NCBI GenBank assembly: GCA_963765575.1
Contig: CAVXWZ010000001.1
Span: 256,001-320,000 of the forward strand
DNA: 64,000 nucleotides
Reading direction: 5' to 3'
Origin: an uncultured cyanobacterium
GTDB lineage: Bacteria; Cyanobacteriota; Cyanobacteriia; PCC-6307; Cyanobiaceae
In this document: piece by piece, positions 9,281 through 17,716 of the stretch
Position numbering within the stretch: position 1 is the first letter of the stretch
Layout: every line of letters begins with the position of its first letter
Notes under the pieces: generated by a model
What the model was told of the DNA's origin: nothing
The model's input: the letters and a program-made list of their open reading frames with translations, nothing else
Databases searched by the model: none
Program-made: the position numbers and the translations under genes

Positions 9281-9514
9281 GGCGAAGGGAGCAGGGAGGC
9301 CCCCACCCTGGCGGATCGCTTCAGGGCTGCACTGGTTGCCGGGGCTCGAGCGCCCTGCACCAGCTGGCGCCAGTCACCAGGTGCTCCTGTCGAGCGGGGG
9401 CCGCCGTTCAGCGGGTTGGCCTTTCAGCAGGGGCCTGCCATTCACCAACAACTGTGATCGCTTGCCCAAGCGGGAGCGCCAACGCTGAGGATTGGCACGA
9501 AGGCGTCCGCACCC

Positions 9515-10468
9515 ATGCTGTTTCACGTTCGCCATGCCCTGCGGTATGCCTACGAGCGGCCGGTGTTCCTCGAACCCACCACCGTGAGGCTCACCCCCCG
9601 CAGCGATCCGGCCCAGCGGCTGCTGCATCACAACCTGGAGCTCAGCCCTCAGCCGAGCGGCAGCAGTCGGGTGCTGGAGGCGGACGGCACCGAGGCGGTG
9701 GTGCTGTGGTTTGCGCCGCTGCAGGAGGCGCTCAGCATCGAGGTGGACATGGTGGTGCGCACCCTGCGCCAGAACCCCTTCGATTGGATCATCACCCACC
9801 CGCCGGCCCTGACCCTGCCGGCCGCCTACCCGCCGGGAGACACCCGATCCCTGGCCCCCTACCTGGAGGATCCCCAGCTGCCCATCGCCGAGCCGGTGCG
9901 GCAGTGGGCGGGGGAGCTGGCCGCGGTGGTCCAAGGGTCCACCGCCGACTTCCTGATGCGTCTGGTGGACACGATCCACCACGGCTTTCACCACATCGGC
10001 CGGCCGGACGGCGAGCCGATGGCTGCCGCCGACACCCTCAGCAGCCGCACCGGCGCCTGCCGCGACACCGCCATGCTGACCGTGGAGGCCTGCCGCAGCC
10101 AGGGGCTCGCCGCCCGCTTCGTGAGCGGGTATTCGATGCACCACCCGGAGGAGGTGAGCGAGCACGAACTGCATGCCTGGGCCGAGGTGTATCTGCCCGG
10201 GGCCGGTTGGCGCGGCTATGACCCCAGCCTCGGTCTGGCGGTGGCCGACGGACACCTGGTGCTGGCGGCCGCCCCCGATCACCTGCTGGCGGCGCCGGTG
10301 AGCGGCCGCTACCGGGGCACGGGGGTGGGATCTGAGATGCGCTACGCGGTGGAGGTGCGCACCGCCGAGAGCCTCGAAGCCCTTCAGGCCCTTGAACGCG
10401 AGCGGCCCCTGGCCATGCCGGCGCCGGAGCGCTGGCTCAGCGGCGAGGGCACGGTGGGCAGCGCCTGA
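9515..10468 (+). CDS. Transglutaminase-like family protein
   Basis: GACRD (Cys), ARFVSGY, HAWAEVYLPGAGWRGYDP. Confidence 0.92.
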   Translation: MLFHVRHALRYAYERPVFLEPTTVRLTPRSDPAQRLLHHNLELSPQPSGSSRVLEADGTEAVVLWFAPLQEALSIEVDMVVRTLRQNPFDWIITHPPALTLPAAYPPGDTRSLAPYLEDPQLPIAEPVRQWAGELAAVVQGSTADFLMRLVDTIHHGFHHIGRPDGEPMAAADTLSSRTGACRDTAMLTVEACRSQGLAARFVSGYSMHHPEEVSEHELHAWAEVYLPGAGWRGYDPSLGLAVADGHLVLAAAPDHLLAAPVSGRYRGTGVGSEMRYAVEVRTAESLEALQALERERPLAMPAPERWLSGEGTVGSA

Positions 10469-10626
10469 GCAGGCTGCGGGCATCGGCGCGATCCGAACGG
10501 GCAGGGTGCCGACCCACAGCGCGGCGGTGGTGGCGCTGTGTCCTGGAACACTTTGGGCCTGTTTCCCATGGCACCAGCCGCCAGGAAGGGGCCAGAAACA
10601 ATGGGGCAGGACGCCCATTCTTCAGC

Positions 10627-12225
10627 GTGAAGCCAACCATCAAGCCGATTTCCAGTCTGCAGCTGGAGAACGGCGCAGAAATCACGGCCTTCAGCCAACG
10701 CAGCAACCGTGCTTTTGTGGTCAGTGGTGGTGAAACTTTAGACGTTGTTCGCTACAAGAACTTCAAGAATCCAAAGCTTCTCGAAAGCCTGTCGCTGCAG
10801 GGATCAGCCAACAGCGTGGCTGTGAATGACGACGGCTTGGTCGCTGTCGCCACCGCCGCGGGGCGCAACAACCGTGGACGGATCGAATTCTTCCAGATCC
10901 GCAAGGACCGCAGCATCAGGAGCAAGGGCAGTGTGCGGGTTGGCAACCTTCCCGATTCCATTGCGTTCACCCCTGATGGCCGCAAGCTGGTCGTCGCCAA
11001 CGAGGGGGAGCCCAACCCGTTCTATGGCACCGAGGACGGCAGGGATCCGGCCGGTTCGATCTCCATCCTCCGGATTGATGATCGCAACCCGCATGAATCC
11101 AGGGTCACCAATCTCGATTTCAAAGACTTTTCCGCCAAAAATCTGCGCAACAGGGGTGTGCGTATCAGTGGCCTCAAGGGAACCAAGCCAGCCACCGACA
11201 TTGAGCCTGAGTATGTGACGGTGTCGCCCGATGGCAAGACCGCCTTCGTGACCCTGCAGGAAAACAACGCCATCGCCGAGGTGAATTTGCAGAGCCGCAA
11301 GATCCGCCGGGTCTTTTCGGCTGGCGTGCAGAACTACAAGACAGCCGGCAAGTTTGATACCTCCGATGAAGATGATGGCTTCAGGCCTGGAAACCGAGAC
11401 TTCAGAGGCTTGCGCATGCCCGATGGTGCTGACAGCTTCGATCGCAAAGGCAAAACTTTCATCATCACCGCCAACGAAGGCGATGGTCGCGTGCGTCCCG
11501 ATGATGTGAACTTCGAAGCTCCAGCCGACGGCACCTACTTCTATGGCACCAAGAAACGCGGCACGGTCTTTGAACGCTTCGAGGATCCTCTCACTGGCAG
11601 GATGGTGTTCATCACCGACCAGGAGCGGGGATCCAGGGGGGCATTCGATGCTGAAGCGGAGGATGAGTTTTTTATTACCCTCAAGTATGGCGCCTCAGCG
11701 GATGACGGTTTCTTCAGTGATGAGATCCGTGCCGGTGATCTCAGCAACCCCAGTGCCAACAAGATTGTCTCGGGCTCCAAGGAAGGGCGCCTGAAAACCA
11801 TCGCCGATGCCAACACCCGCAAGACGCTCGTGGGGTTCGGGGGGCGATCCTTCAGCATCTATGACAGCGTCACCGGTGAGCTGGTGTACGACTCCGGTGA
11901 TCGCCTCGACCGCATCGTCAACAGGGCTGGCCTCTTTGACGATGGCCGCAGCGACGACAAGAGCATCGAGCCCGAAGCGGTGACGACCGCCCGGCTGGGG
12001 AAACGCACCTATGCCTTCATCGGTCTGGAGCGCCCCACCGGATCCATGGTCCCCGTCTTCGACGTGTCCAACCCGGAGCGGCCCAAGCTCGAAGCGCTCT
12101 TCCAGAGTCCGAGCTCCCTCAGCCCCGAGGGCCTCACCTTCGTCAAGAACGGTCGCAAGTCAGGGGTGTTGCTGGTGGCCAACGAGGTGTCGGGCACGCT
12201 CGACAGCTTTGCGTTCAGCGGCTGA
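10627..12225 (+). CDS. Choice-of-anchor I / alkaline-phosphatase-associated beta-propeller protein
   Basis: AEITAF, VGNLPDSIAFTPDG, VANEGEP, IEPEY, LQENNAIA, TANEGD, DDGRSDDKSIEPE, SPEGL, ANEVSGT. Confidence 0.85.
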   Translation: MKPTIKPISSLQLENGAEITAFSQRSNRAFVVSGGETLDVVRYKNFKNPKLLESLSLQGSANSVAVNDDGLVAVATAAGRNNRGRIEFFQIRKDRSIRSKGSVRVGNLPDSIAFTPDGRKLVVANEGEPNPFYGTEDGRDPAGSISILRIDDRNPHESRVTNLDFKDFSAKNLRNRGVRISGLKGTKPATDIEPEYVTVSPDGKTAFVTLQENNAIAEVNLQSRKIRRVFSAGVQNYKTAGKFDTSDEDDGFRPGNRDFRGLRMPDGADSFDRKGKTFIITANEGDGRVRPDDVNFEAPADGTYFYGTKKRGTVFERFEDPLTGRMVFITDQERGSRGAFDAEAEDEFFITLKYGASADDGFFSDEIRAGDLSNPSANKIVSGSKEGRLKTIADANTRKTLVGFGGRSFSIYDSVTGELVYDSGDRLDRIVNRAGLFDDGRSDDKSIEPEAVTTARLGKRTYAFIGLERPTGSMVPVFDVSNPERPKLEALFQSPSSLSPEGLTFVKNGRKSGVLLVANEVSGTLDSFAFSG

Positions 12226-12227
12226 TC

Positions 12228-12612
12228 TCAGCGGCACCACCGGCAACTGGTGCCACAGGGCCTGGCGGGGGTGGAAGGGCACGGCACCCACCCGCGCGGC
12301 CACATCCGCCACACCCGGGTAGGCCCGCCACATCTTGGCGTGGGCGAGGCCGTAGACCTGCCGCTCGGTGCCGTAGCGCCGCACCCAGTCCACCAGGAAC
12401 ATGGGCAGATCGGGGCTCGCCAGGCCGCCGTTGTGGGAGCCCACCAGCAGCATCTGCCCCTGGCTGGGCATGTGCTCCCAGCCGCTGGTGCGCACCCGGA
12501 AGTAGTGGCGGTAGAACCACTCCCACACCGGCATCAGGCGTTGAATCAGGCGCGGATCGCGGCGGTTCGCCGGCAGGGGCAGGCGGGGAAAGGGCTGGCT
12601 GGCGTGGATGGG
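12228..12612 (-). pseudogene. Lysophospholipid acyltransferase (PlsC-like) remnant
   Basis: RDPRLIQRLMPVWEWFYRHYFRV...GSHNGGLASPD present, but frame jumps from PFHPRQAL to WHQLPVVPL and family likeness ends at the convergent gene. Confidence 0.7.
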
Positions 12613-12650
12613 GGGCGCGGTGCCGGTGGGCAGCGGGTGAGCACGGTGGT

Positions 12651-13586
12651 TCAGGTGGTGAGCAGCCGCACGATGGTGTCGATCTTGCGCTTGTTGGTGC
12701 GGATGAGCAGTTTGGCTTCGTGCACCAGATTCTCGATGTTGCCAGTGGTGACGTTGTCCATGTCATCGGAGGCGGTGGTGAGATCGGTCTGCAGGCGGAT
12801 GTAGTTGTCACCCAGCAGCGTTCTCATCTGGTAGTCGGCCGCATCGGCGACGCCATCGAACATGCAGCTGAGCAGCGGCAGGGCCCACCCCAGCCGGCCC
12901 CAGTCCTTGGCCTCGCGGTGCCGAATGGGCCGCACCAGTTCGCCGGTGCCGATCGACACCACCACAATGTCGTTGTCATCGGGAAACAGCCGGCGCGCTT
13001 CGGCGTAGGCCGACACCACCGGGCTGTTGATGAACACGCCGCCATCCACCAGGGCCTTTGTGGCCCCGTCCACGGCCACCAGCGCCGGCTCGAAAAAGGT
13101 GGGTGCGGCGGATGTGGCACGGGCGGCGTGGCGCATCAGCACCGAGCGGTGACTTGGTTTCCAGCTCTTGAAGAACAGCGGCTGACGGTTCTCGATGTCG
13201 TAGCTGGTGATCAGGGTTCGGGTGAGGCAGGAGCCCAGCGGCTCATCGCCGAAATAGTCCTCCAGCACCCCCTCCAGGCCGGTGTGGGCATAGAGCTCAT
13301 CGCCGAAGCCACCCACCGATGACACCCCTTTCCAGAGGGAACGGGAAAAGATGTCCTTGCCGCGCTTGCGGTAGATCACAGCCAGGTCGCTGGCGGAGTA
13401 GCGGGGGCTGCCGGTGCCATCGTCCCGGCTGAATCCCAGCGCCAGGATCCCGCCGGTGGAGGTGCCGGCGATCAGATCGAAACACTCGGCCACCGCCTTG
13501 CCGGTCTTGGTTTCGATCGCAGCCAGCACCAGGCTGGGGATCAGGCCGCGGATGCCGCCGCCATCGATGCTGAGGATGCGCTTCAT
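12651..13586 (-). CDS. Patatin-like phospholipase
   Basis: DGGGIRG, GTSTG, ATSAAPTFF, DGG. Confidence 0.93.
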   Translation of the reverse strand: MKRILSIDGGGIRGLIPSLVLAAIETKTGKAVAECFDLIAGTSTGGILALGFSRDDGTGSPRYSASDLAVIYRKRGKDIFSRSLWKGVSSVGGFGDELYAHTGLEGVLEDYFGDEPLGSCLTRTLITSYDIENRQPLFFKSWKPSHRSVLMRHAARATSAAPTFFEPALVAVDGATKALVDGGVFINSPVVSAYAEARRLFPDDNDIVVVSIGTGELVRPIRHREAKDWGRLGWALPLLSCMFDGVADAADYQMRTLLGDNYIRLQTDLTTASDDMDNVTTGNIENLVHEAKLLIRTNKRKIDTIVRLLTT

Positions 13587-13796
13587 GGCCTGGCCAGCAC
13601 GGGCAGCCTCAACGCTGGCGGGAGTGGGGTGGAGGGGCCATCAGCTGACACACCTGGGAACAACCATCGCCACCCCCGCACCGCTTCGCTGCGGCCGGCA
13701 GCACCGCGGCCCCAGCGCAACTCCAGTTGAATGGCCAGCCCCCATCCGCCGCCCTTGCGGCCCATCCTGCAGGGATGCTTCCCCATGCGTGACCCC

Positions 13797-14381
13797 ATGA
13801 CAGACACTCCCACGCCTGCCGCCGGCGATGAGGCCACCTGGTTCAAGGTGCTGCTGGCGGTGCGCTGGCCCGTGGCCGTGGTGGCCTCTGCGGGCGTGCT
13901 CGGTGGCGTGCTGCTGCACGTGCTCAGCCGCCCGATTCCGATCCGGTTGGCCATGCCCCTGGATCAGCCCCTGGCGGTGAAGGCCCAGGTGGCCGAACTG
14001 GCCGAGCCGATCCAGGTGGATCAGCTCGACTCAGCCATCGGCATCGCCCTGAAGGAATCGGTCACCGTGAGAGGCAGCGTTGCGCTCGATACCCCCAGGC
14101 CGATTCCGATCAGCGGTGAGCCCCGCGTGGTGGTGACCAGCCCGGTGGAAGTGAAGCACAGCTCAGCGGTGCCGGTGCGGGGCGCTGTGGACGTCACCGC
14201 CGCCAAGCCGCTGCCGGTGCAGGGGGCGGTGGATGTGACCGCCGGTCAGCCGCTGCCGGTGCAGGGCGCGGTGGAGGTGTCGAGTCCTGAACCCATCCGG
14301 GTGGACTCCGATGTGACCTTGGACACCGAGGACAAGCCCGTGCAGATTGAGTTTAAAGGCGGGCTGATGGGGATTTTCTGA
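13797..14381 (+). CDS. Membrane-anchored hypothetical protein with 14-aa repeats
   Basis: N-terminal TM, repeated PLPVQGAVDVT-type units. Confidence 0.75.
   Translation: MTDTPTPAAGDEATWFKVLLAVRWPVAVVASAGVLGGVLLHVLSRPIPIRLAMPLDQPLAVKAQVAELAEPIQVDQLDSAIGIALKESVTVRGSVALDTPRPIPISGEPRVVVTSPVEVKHSSAVPVRGAVDVTAAKPLPVQGAVDVTAGQPLPVQGAVEVSSPEPIRVDSDVTLDTEDKPVQIEFKGGLMGIF
14171..14296 (+). repeat. Three 42-bp in-frame tandem repeats
   Basis: GCCGGTGCRGGG units start at 14171, 14213, 14255. Confidence 0.85.
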
Positions 14382-14400
14382 GGGGGTCCGGGGTTGCCGA

Positions 14401-15131
14401 TCAGCTGCGCAGATCGAAGATGTAGAGGCGTGCTTCTTTGTCCTGACATGTAGAGACGTGCTTCTGTCCACACATCTCCTTTTTTCCTCCCTCCCCAACG
14501 AGCCTCCTTTGTCGCTGATGATCCAGAGGCAGTCTCGCTGGCGGTCGTGGCAGAGGGCGGAGAAGTCGATCTCATCGGGCTTCAGCTCGGCATCCACAAA
14601 CCCTTGGCTGTCGTCGAGCACGCGGTGGCTGAGGATGGTCTGGAGATCCGCCGACACTTCGATCAGCAAGCCGGGCTGGCCCTCCTTGAGGGCCAACAAC
14701 GTTTCTGAGCTGCTGTTCCAGCTGAGGCCCTCAAGGCCCTTGTTTGAGCTGCCGGCGGAGACGTAGGGCGCGATCGCGGCAAAGCCCACCATCGCGTCGA
14801 GCCGTGTCCTGATGGTGATGGTCTGCGTGCTGATCTCAGCTTTGATGAAGACATTGCCGTCTTCGACCACGGCGAGCACATGCTCGCCAGCGGGGTCCAG
14901 GGTGATTCCCTCCAGCCCCGTGTCGCTGATCGCAAAGGACCTGGCCGGCAGGATCTTGCCTTTGAGGCTGATCTGGAAGATCCGCTTCGTGTCATCACTC
15001 ACCACCCACAGGGCCTTGCCACCCTCCGCGAGGGTCAGGCCCGATGGTTCAAGCAAGCCCTGGCGCTTGTCCTTGATGTCGTGGCGATCCAGGTAGGTGA
15101 GGCTGAACCGCTGCTGTGCCGGCACGGCCAT
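14401..15131 (-). pseudogene. SdiA-regulated (YjiK-like) beta-propeller protein with scrambled 3' part
   Basis: EPSGLTL, LWVVSDD, LEGITLD, NKGLEGLSWN, WIISDK, then ~70 nt out-of-family sequence; apparent true end DKEARLYIFDLRS* is in another frame (stop 14401-14403). Confidence 0.7.
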
Positions 15132-15147
15132 GGCTCCGGGCCTCGAC

Positions 15148-15309
15148 TCAGGGCCTGGGGAGGGGCTGCTCCAGCTCCTGGGCCAGGAGGTCTTGGGCGA
15201 GCAACAGCAGGGCGACACCCATCAGCGCCAGGGCGGTGCCGCGCTGGCCATCACCGCTCAGCTCGAGCATGCGGGCGGTCTGGAGATGCTCAGGCCAGCC
15301 GAGTCGCAT
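15148..15309 (-). CDS. Small hydrophobic hypothetical protein, 53 aa
   Basis: Manual translation MRLGWPEHLQTARMLELSGDGQRGTALALMGVALLLLAQDLLAQELEQPLPRP; may start at the internal Met. Confidence 0.5.
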   Translation of the reverse strand: MRLGWPEHLQTARMLELSGDGQRGTALALMGVALLLLAQDLLAQELEQPLPRP

Positions 15310-15401
15310 GTCTAGACACTGCTTTTGGATGATTCTGGTTTGAAGCGCTGCTCTCCGTGAGCTCCTTTACAACACGAAACACTGACAAGGGCGCCCACCG
15401 G

Positions 15402-15442
15402 GTAGCCCTTGCTACGCCCATTCGGTATCGGGCCGATACCGT
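15402..15442 (+). promoter_or_regulatory. NtcA-type activated promoter
   Basis: GTA-GCCCTTGC-TAC (15402-15415), 21-nt spacer, TACCGT (TAN3T, 15437-15442). Confidence 0.7.
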
Positions 15443-15468
15443 TTCGCCATCCCTCGGCTGCAGAACCC

Positions 15469-15687
15469 ATGGGCGAGTCCATCGAGATCAGTGTGAGCCA
15501 GCGCTTCGAGATCGAGCGCTTCAGCCGTGCCATCGATGGCACCGCCGATCCCGCGGCCCTGCGCCACATTGCCAAGCAGCTGCTGCAGGCCTGGCAGACC
15601 CAGAAGGCCGCCACCACCTGGGCGATCAGCCAGCAGATGGGTCCATGGCCTGCGCCAGACTCGCGGTCGTCTGAACCGATGGCCTGA
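15469..15687 (+). CDS. NblA-like small helical protein, 72 aa
   Basis: ISVSQRFEIERFSRAIDGTADPAALRHIAKQLLQAW resembles the NblA LS..QQF helix-loop-helix pattern. Confidence 0.6.
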   Translation: MGESIEISVSQRFEIERFSRAIDGTADPAALRHIAKQLLQAWQTQKAATTWAISQQMGPWPAPDSRSSEPMA

Positions 15688-15861
15688 GTGGACCCGATCT
15701 GGATGCTGGTTCCCTGGGCGATCCTCTCGTTGGCGGTGGGTTTGAAGTTCTGGCGCTTTACCCGGCTGGTGCGCCAACACGTGCCTGGACTGTCCTCGGA
15801 GCTGGAGCGGGCCAGGGCCTCGCTGGAGCAGCGCTGGCAGAAAGATCAGCTGGGCACCTGA
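15688..15861 (+). CDS. Small membrane protein, 57 aa
   Basis: GTG directly after upstream TGA; MDPIWMLVPWAILSLAVGLKFWRFTRLVRQHVPGLSSELERARASLEQRWQKDQLGT. Confidence 0.65.
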   Translation: MDPIWMLVPWAILSLAVGLKFWRFTRLVRQHVPGLSSELERARASLEQRWQKDQLGT

Positions 15862-15897
15862 CCCACGCTGCCGTCACAGAACTTCATAGAGTGTTGG

Positions 15898-15937
15898 CGG
15901 TCATCGAGCGGTTCCTGGACGGGTCCGCTTTTTTTTT
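15898..15937 (+). ncRNA. Putative very short sRNA / terminator hairpin, copy A
   Basis: TAGAGT at 15887-15892, then CGGTCATCGA-GCGGTTCC-TGGAC-GGGTCCGC and T-run. Confidence 0.4.
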
Positions 15938-15954
15938 GGCCTTTGGCGGCGGCT

Positions 15955-16128
15955 CTAGCGGCTGAGGGTCTTCCAGATCCACCAGGCGGCAACGGCGACC
16001 AGCACCCAGGGCAGCAAGCCTCTGAACAGCAGCAGCACCGCCAACACCACCAGGGCTGACACCGCCGCTCTCCTGGTGAGTGCCTTGGCCTCATCGGTCA
16101 TGTAGCGCCAGCGAGGGACGAGCGGCAT
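15955..16128 (-). CDS. 57-aa basic/hydrophobic membrane peptide, copy A
   Basis: MPLVPRWRYMTDEAKALTRRAAVSALVVLAVLLLFRGLLPWVLVAVAAWWIWKTLSR; differences from copy B largely synonymous. Confidence 0.8.
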   Translation of the reverse strand: MPLVPRWRYMTDEAKALTRRAAVSALVVLAVLLLFRGLLPWVLVAVAAWWIWKTLSR

Positions 16129-16165
16129 GGGCGGAGGGGCGTCACAGAACTTCATAGATTGTGGT

Positions 16166-16204
16166 CGGTCATCGAGCGGGTCCTGGACGGGTCCGCTTTT
16201 TTTT
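16166..16204 (+). ncRNA. Putative very short sRNA / terminator hairpin, copy B
   Basis: TAGATT at 16155-16160, then CGGTCATCGA-GCGGGTCC-TGGAC-GGGTCCGC-T8. Confidence 0.4.
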
Positions 16205-16220
16205 GGCCTTCTGGGCGTGT

Positions 16221-16394
16221 CTACCTGCTGATCGCTTTCCAGATCCACCAGGCAGCAACGGCAACCAGCACCCAGGGCAGCAAGCCTCGGAATAGCAGCA
16301 GCACCAGCAACACCACCAGGGCGGAGACAGCAGTTCTCCTTGTGAGTGCCTTGGCCTCATCGGTCATGTAGCGCCAGCGCGGGACGAGTGGCAT
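16221..16394 (-). CDS. 57-aa basic/hydrophobic membrane peptide, copy B
   Basis: MPLVPRWRYMTDEAKALTRRTAVSALVVLLVLLLFRGLLPWVLVAVAAWWIWKAISR (manual translation). Confidence 0.8.
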   Translation of the reverse strand: MPLVPRWRYMTDEAKALTRRTAVSALVVLLVLLLFRGLLPWVLVAVAAWWIWKAISR

Positions 16395-17033
16395 TGGCGG
16401 AGGGTCTGGTTGGGCTCAGGGGAACCCGCAGCCTAGAAACCTGGCTTGCCGCTTGAGCTCGGAATCGGGTCGGCTCGCCTTGCAGGCGGCGTCTCTGGAC
16501 CTGCTCCTTCATCTTCCGTCAGGGGTGTGATTGGTTGGCTTTCAGCATCTGGACCTGACAGCAGAGCGGTGACGTTCACACCGAAAACATCAAGGTCTTA
16601 GAAATGAGCGCCCACCTGTTCTTGATGGATCCCGGCTGCGGCGACCTCGGCGGACTGGCTCCACTAGAGCGTCACCTGCCCCTGGGTGCCGAGGCGGGTC
16701 TGCACGTCTGCGCCCAGGTGACACCGAGGACAAGGATGCGTTTGCTCTGGTTGCCGTCATTGCCGGTGGCAGACCCAGGATCGGGTGACGTGCGCAGAAG
16801 CTGAGCCCTGCCCAGAGCAGGTTCAGTTCATTCACTCTTGGTCGCTTGCTTCAAGGCCGAGGTCTGCACGTCAGCGCCAGAACCCAGCGTTGAACGGTCC
16901 GTCCGTCCAATGTTGAGTTGGAATGGTTGTCTATCGGTGGCCGGCCTTGAATTTCAGCAGATCTGATCACTTAGGAGGAGCAAGTGCCTCTGGAATCAGA
17001 GGTCTTAGAGTGCAGTAATAGGAGTGGCAGGAA

Positions 17034-17519
17034 TCACTTACAGCCCATGACCGAGATCTTGTAGCTGAATCCTGTTGCATTCGCGTTGAGGCCAGAGCCC
17101 ACCTTCACATTCACCTGCGTTACAAGTTTTTCGGCTGGAGGTGTGAAGAGGCCGTACTCCTTCGCCTGCCCAGGGCTGGCGTCGAGTGTTTCGTTAACAA
17201 TCTGCAGGTTGGTTTCATCGCTGAATTTGAAGAAGGCCAGGATGGGGTAGGGGCCTGGTTTTTTGGAAGTAGACTCAAATTTGAGCAGATAGTTGCGATA
17301 CTGCGTGTCTACCGAAAAGTCGGTGTTGAAGTTGGTGCGCCCGAATGGAAACACAAGAGGACCATCAAGTTGGATCGTCTTGCTGACAACAGTGCCACCG
17401 CCAATGGCTTGCAGTGGTGTGCAGGACTGTGCTCGGACTTGCTCCGCGACCACTATCCCAGAGAATAGACTTGAGACTGCCAAAATGGCGAGAACCTTGG
17501 CCGTTCGGAGCTTTGACAT
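17034..17519 (-). CDS. Secreted hypothetical protein, 161 aa, AT-richer than flanks
   Basis: Signal peptide; one Cys near each end of the mature part (SCTPL...VMGCK); beta-rich. Confidence 0.8.
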   Translation of the reverse strand: MSKLRTAKVLAILAVSSLFSGIVVAEQVRAQSCTPLQAIGGGTVVSKTIQLDGPLVFPFGRTNFNTDFSVDTQYRNYLLKFESTSKKPGPYPILAFFKFSDETNLQIVNETLDASPGQAKEYGLFTPPAEKLVTQVNVKVGSGLNANATGFSYKISVMGCK

Positions 17520-17716
17520 GATTGCGTGAATGCTGTGACCTCATCTTAGGATGCAATCGTTCCTCGATCCTTTCCACAGCCCACTCACACTCCAGCCTGC
17601 CTTCTCGGAAGCACTCCTGCTGTCCATGCACTGAACTTGAGAACGACTATTACAGCTTCCGTCTGCTGTCGTAGGGCACACCTCGACCAGTTGCTTCACA
17701 GATCCTTGAACCGCAC

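Larger units (their letters stand above)
15872..16404. repeat. Direct tandem duplication of a ~267-bp unit
   Basis: Copy A ~15872-16138, copy B ~16140-16404; both begin CGTCACAGAACTTCATAGA and end GGCGGAGGG. Confidence 0.95.

Noticed and set aside
12651..13586. Patatin as a CBASS CapV-type effector
   Set aside because: No CD-NTase or Cap2/Cap3 genes nearby; looks like a stand-alone patatin
15872..16404. CRISPR array or insertion sequence
   Set aside because: The whole unit is duplicated with no unique spacers; no cas, transposase or terminal inverted repeats
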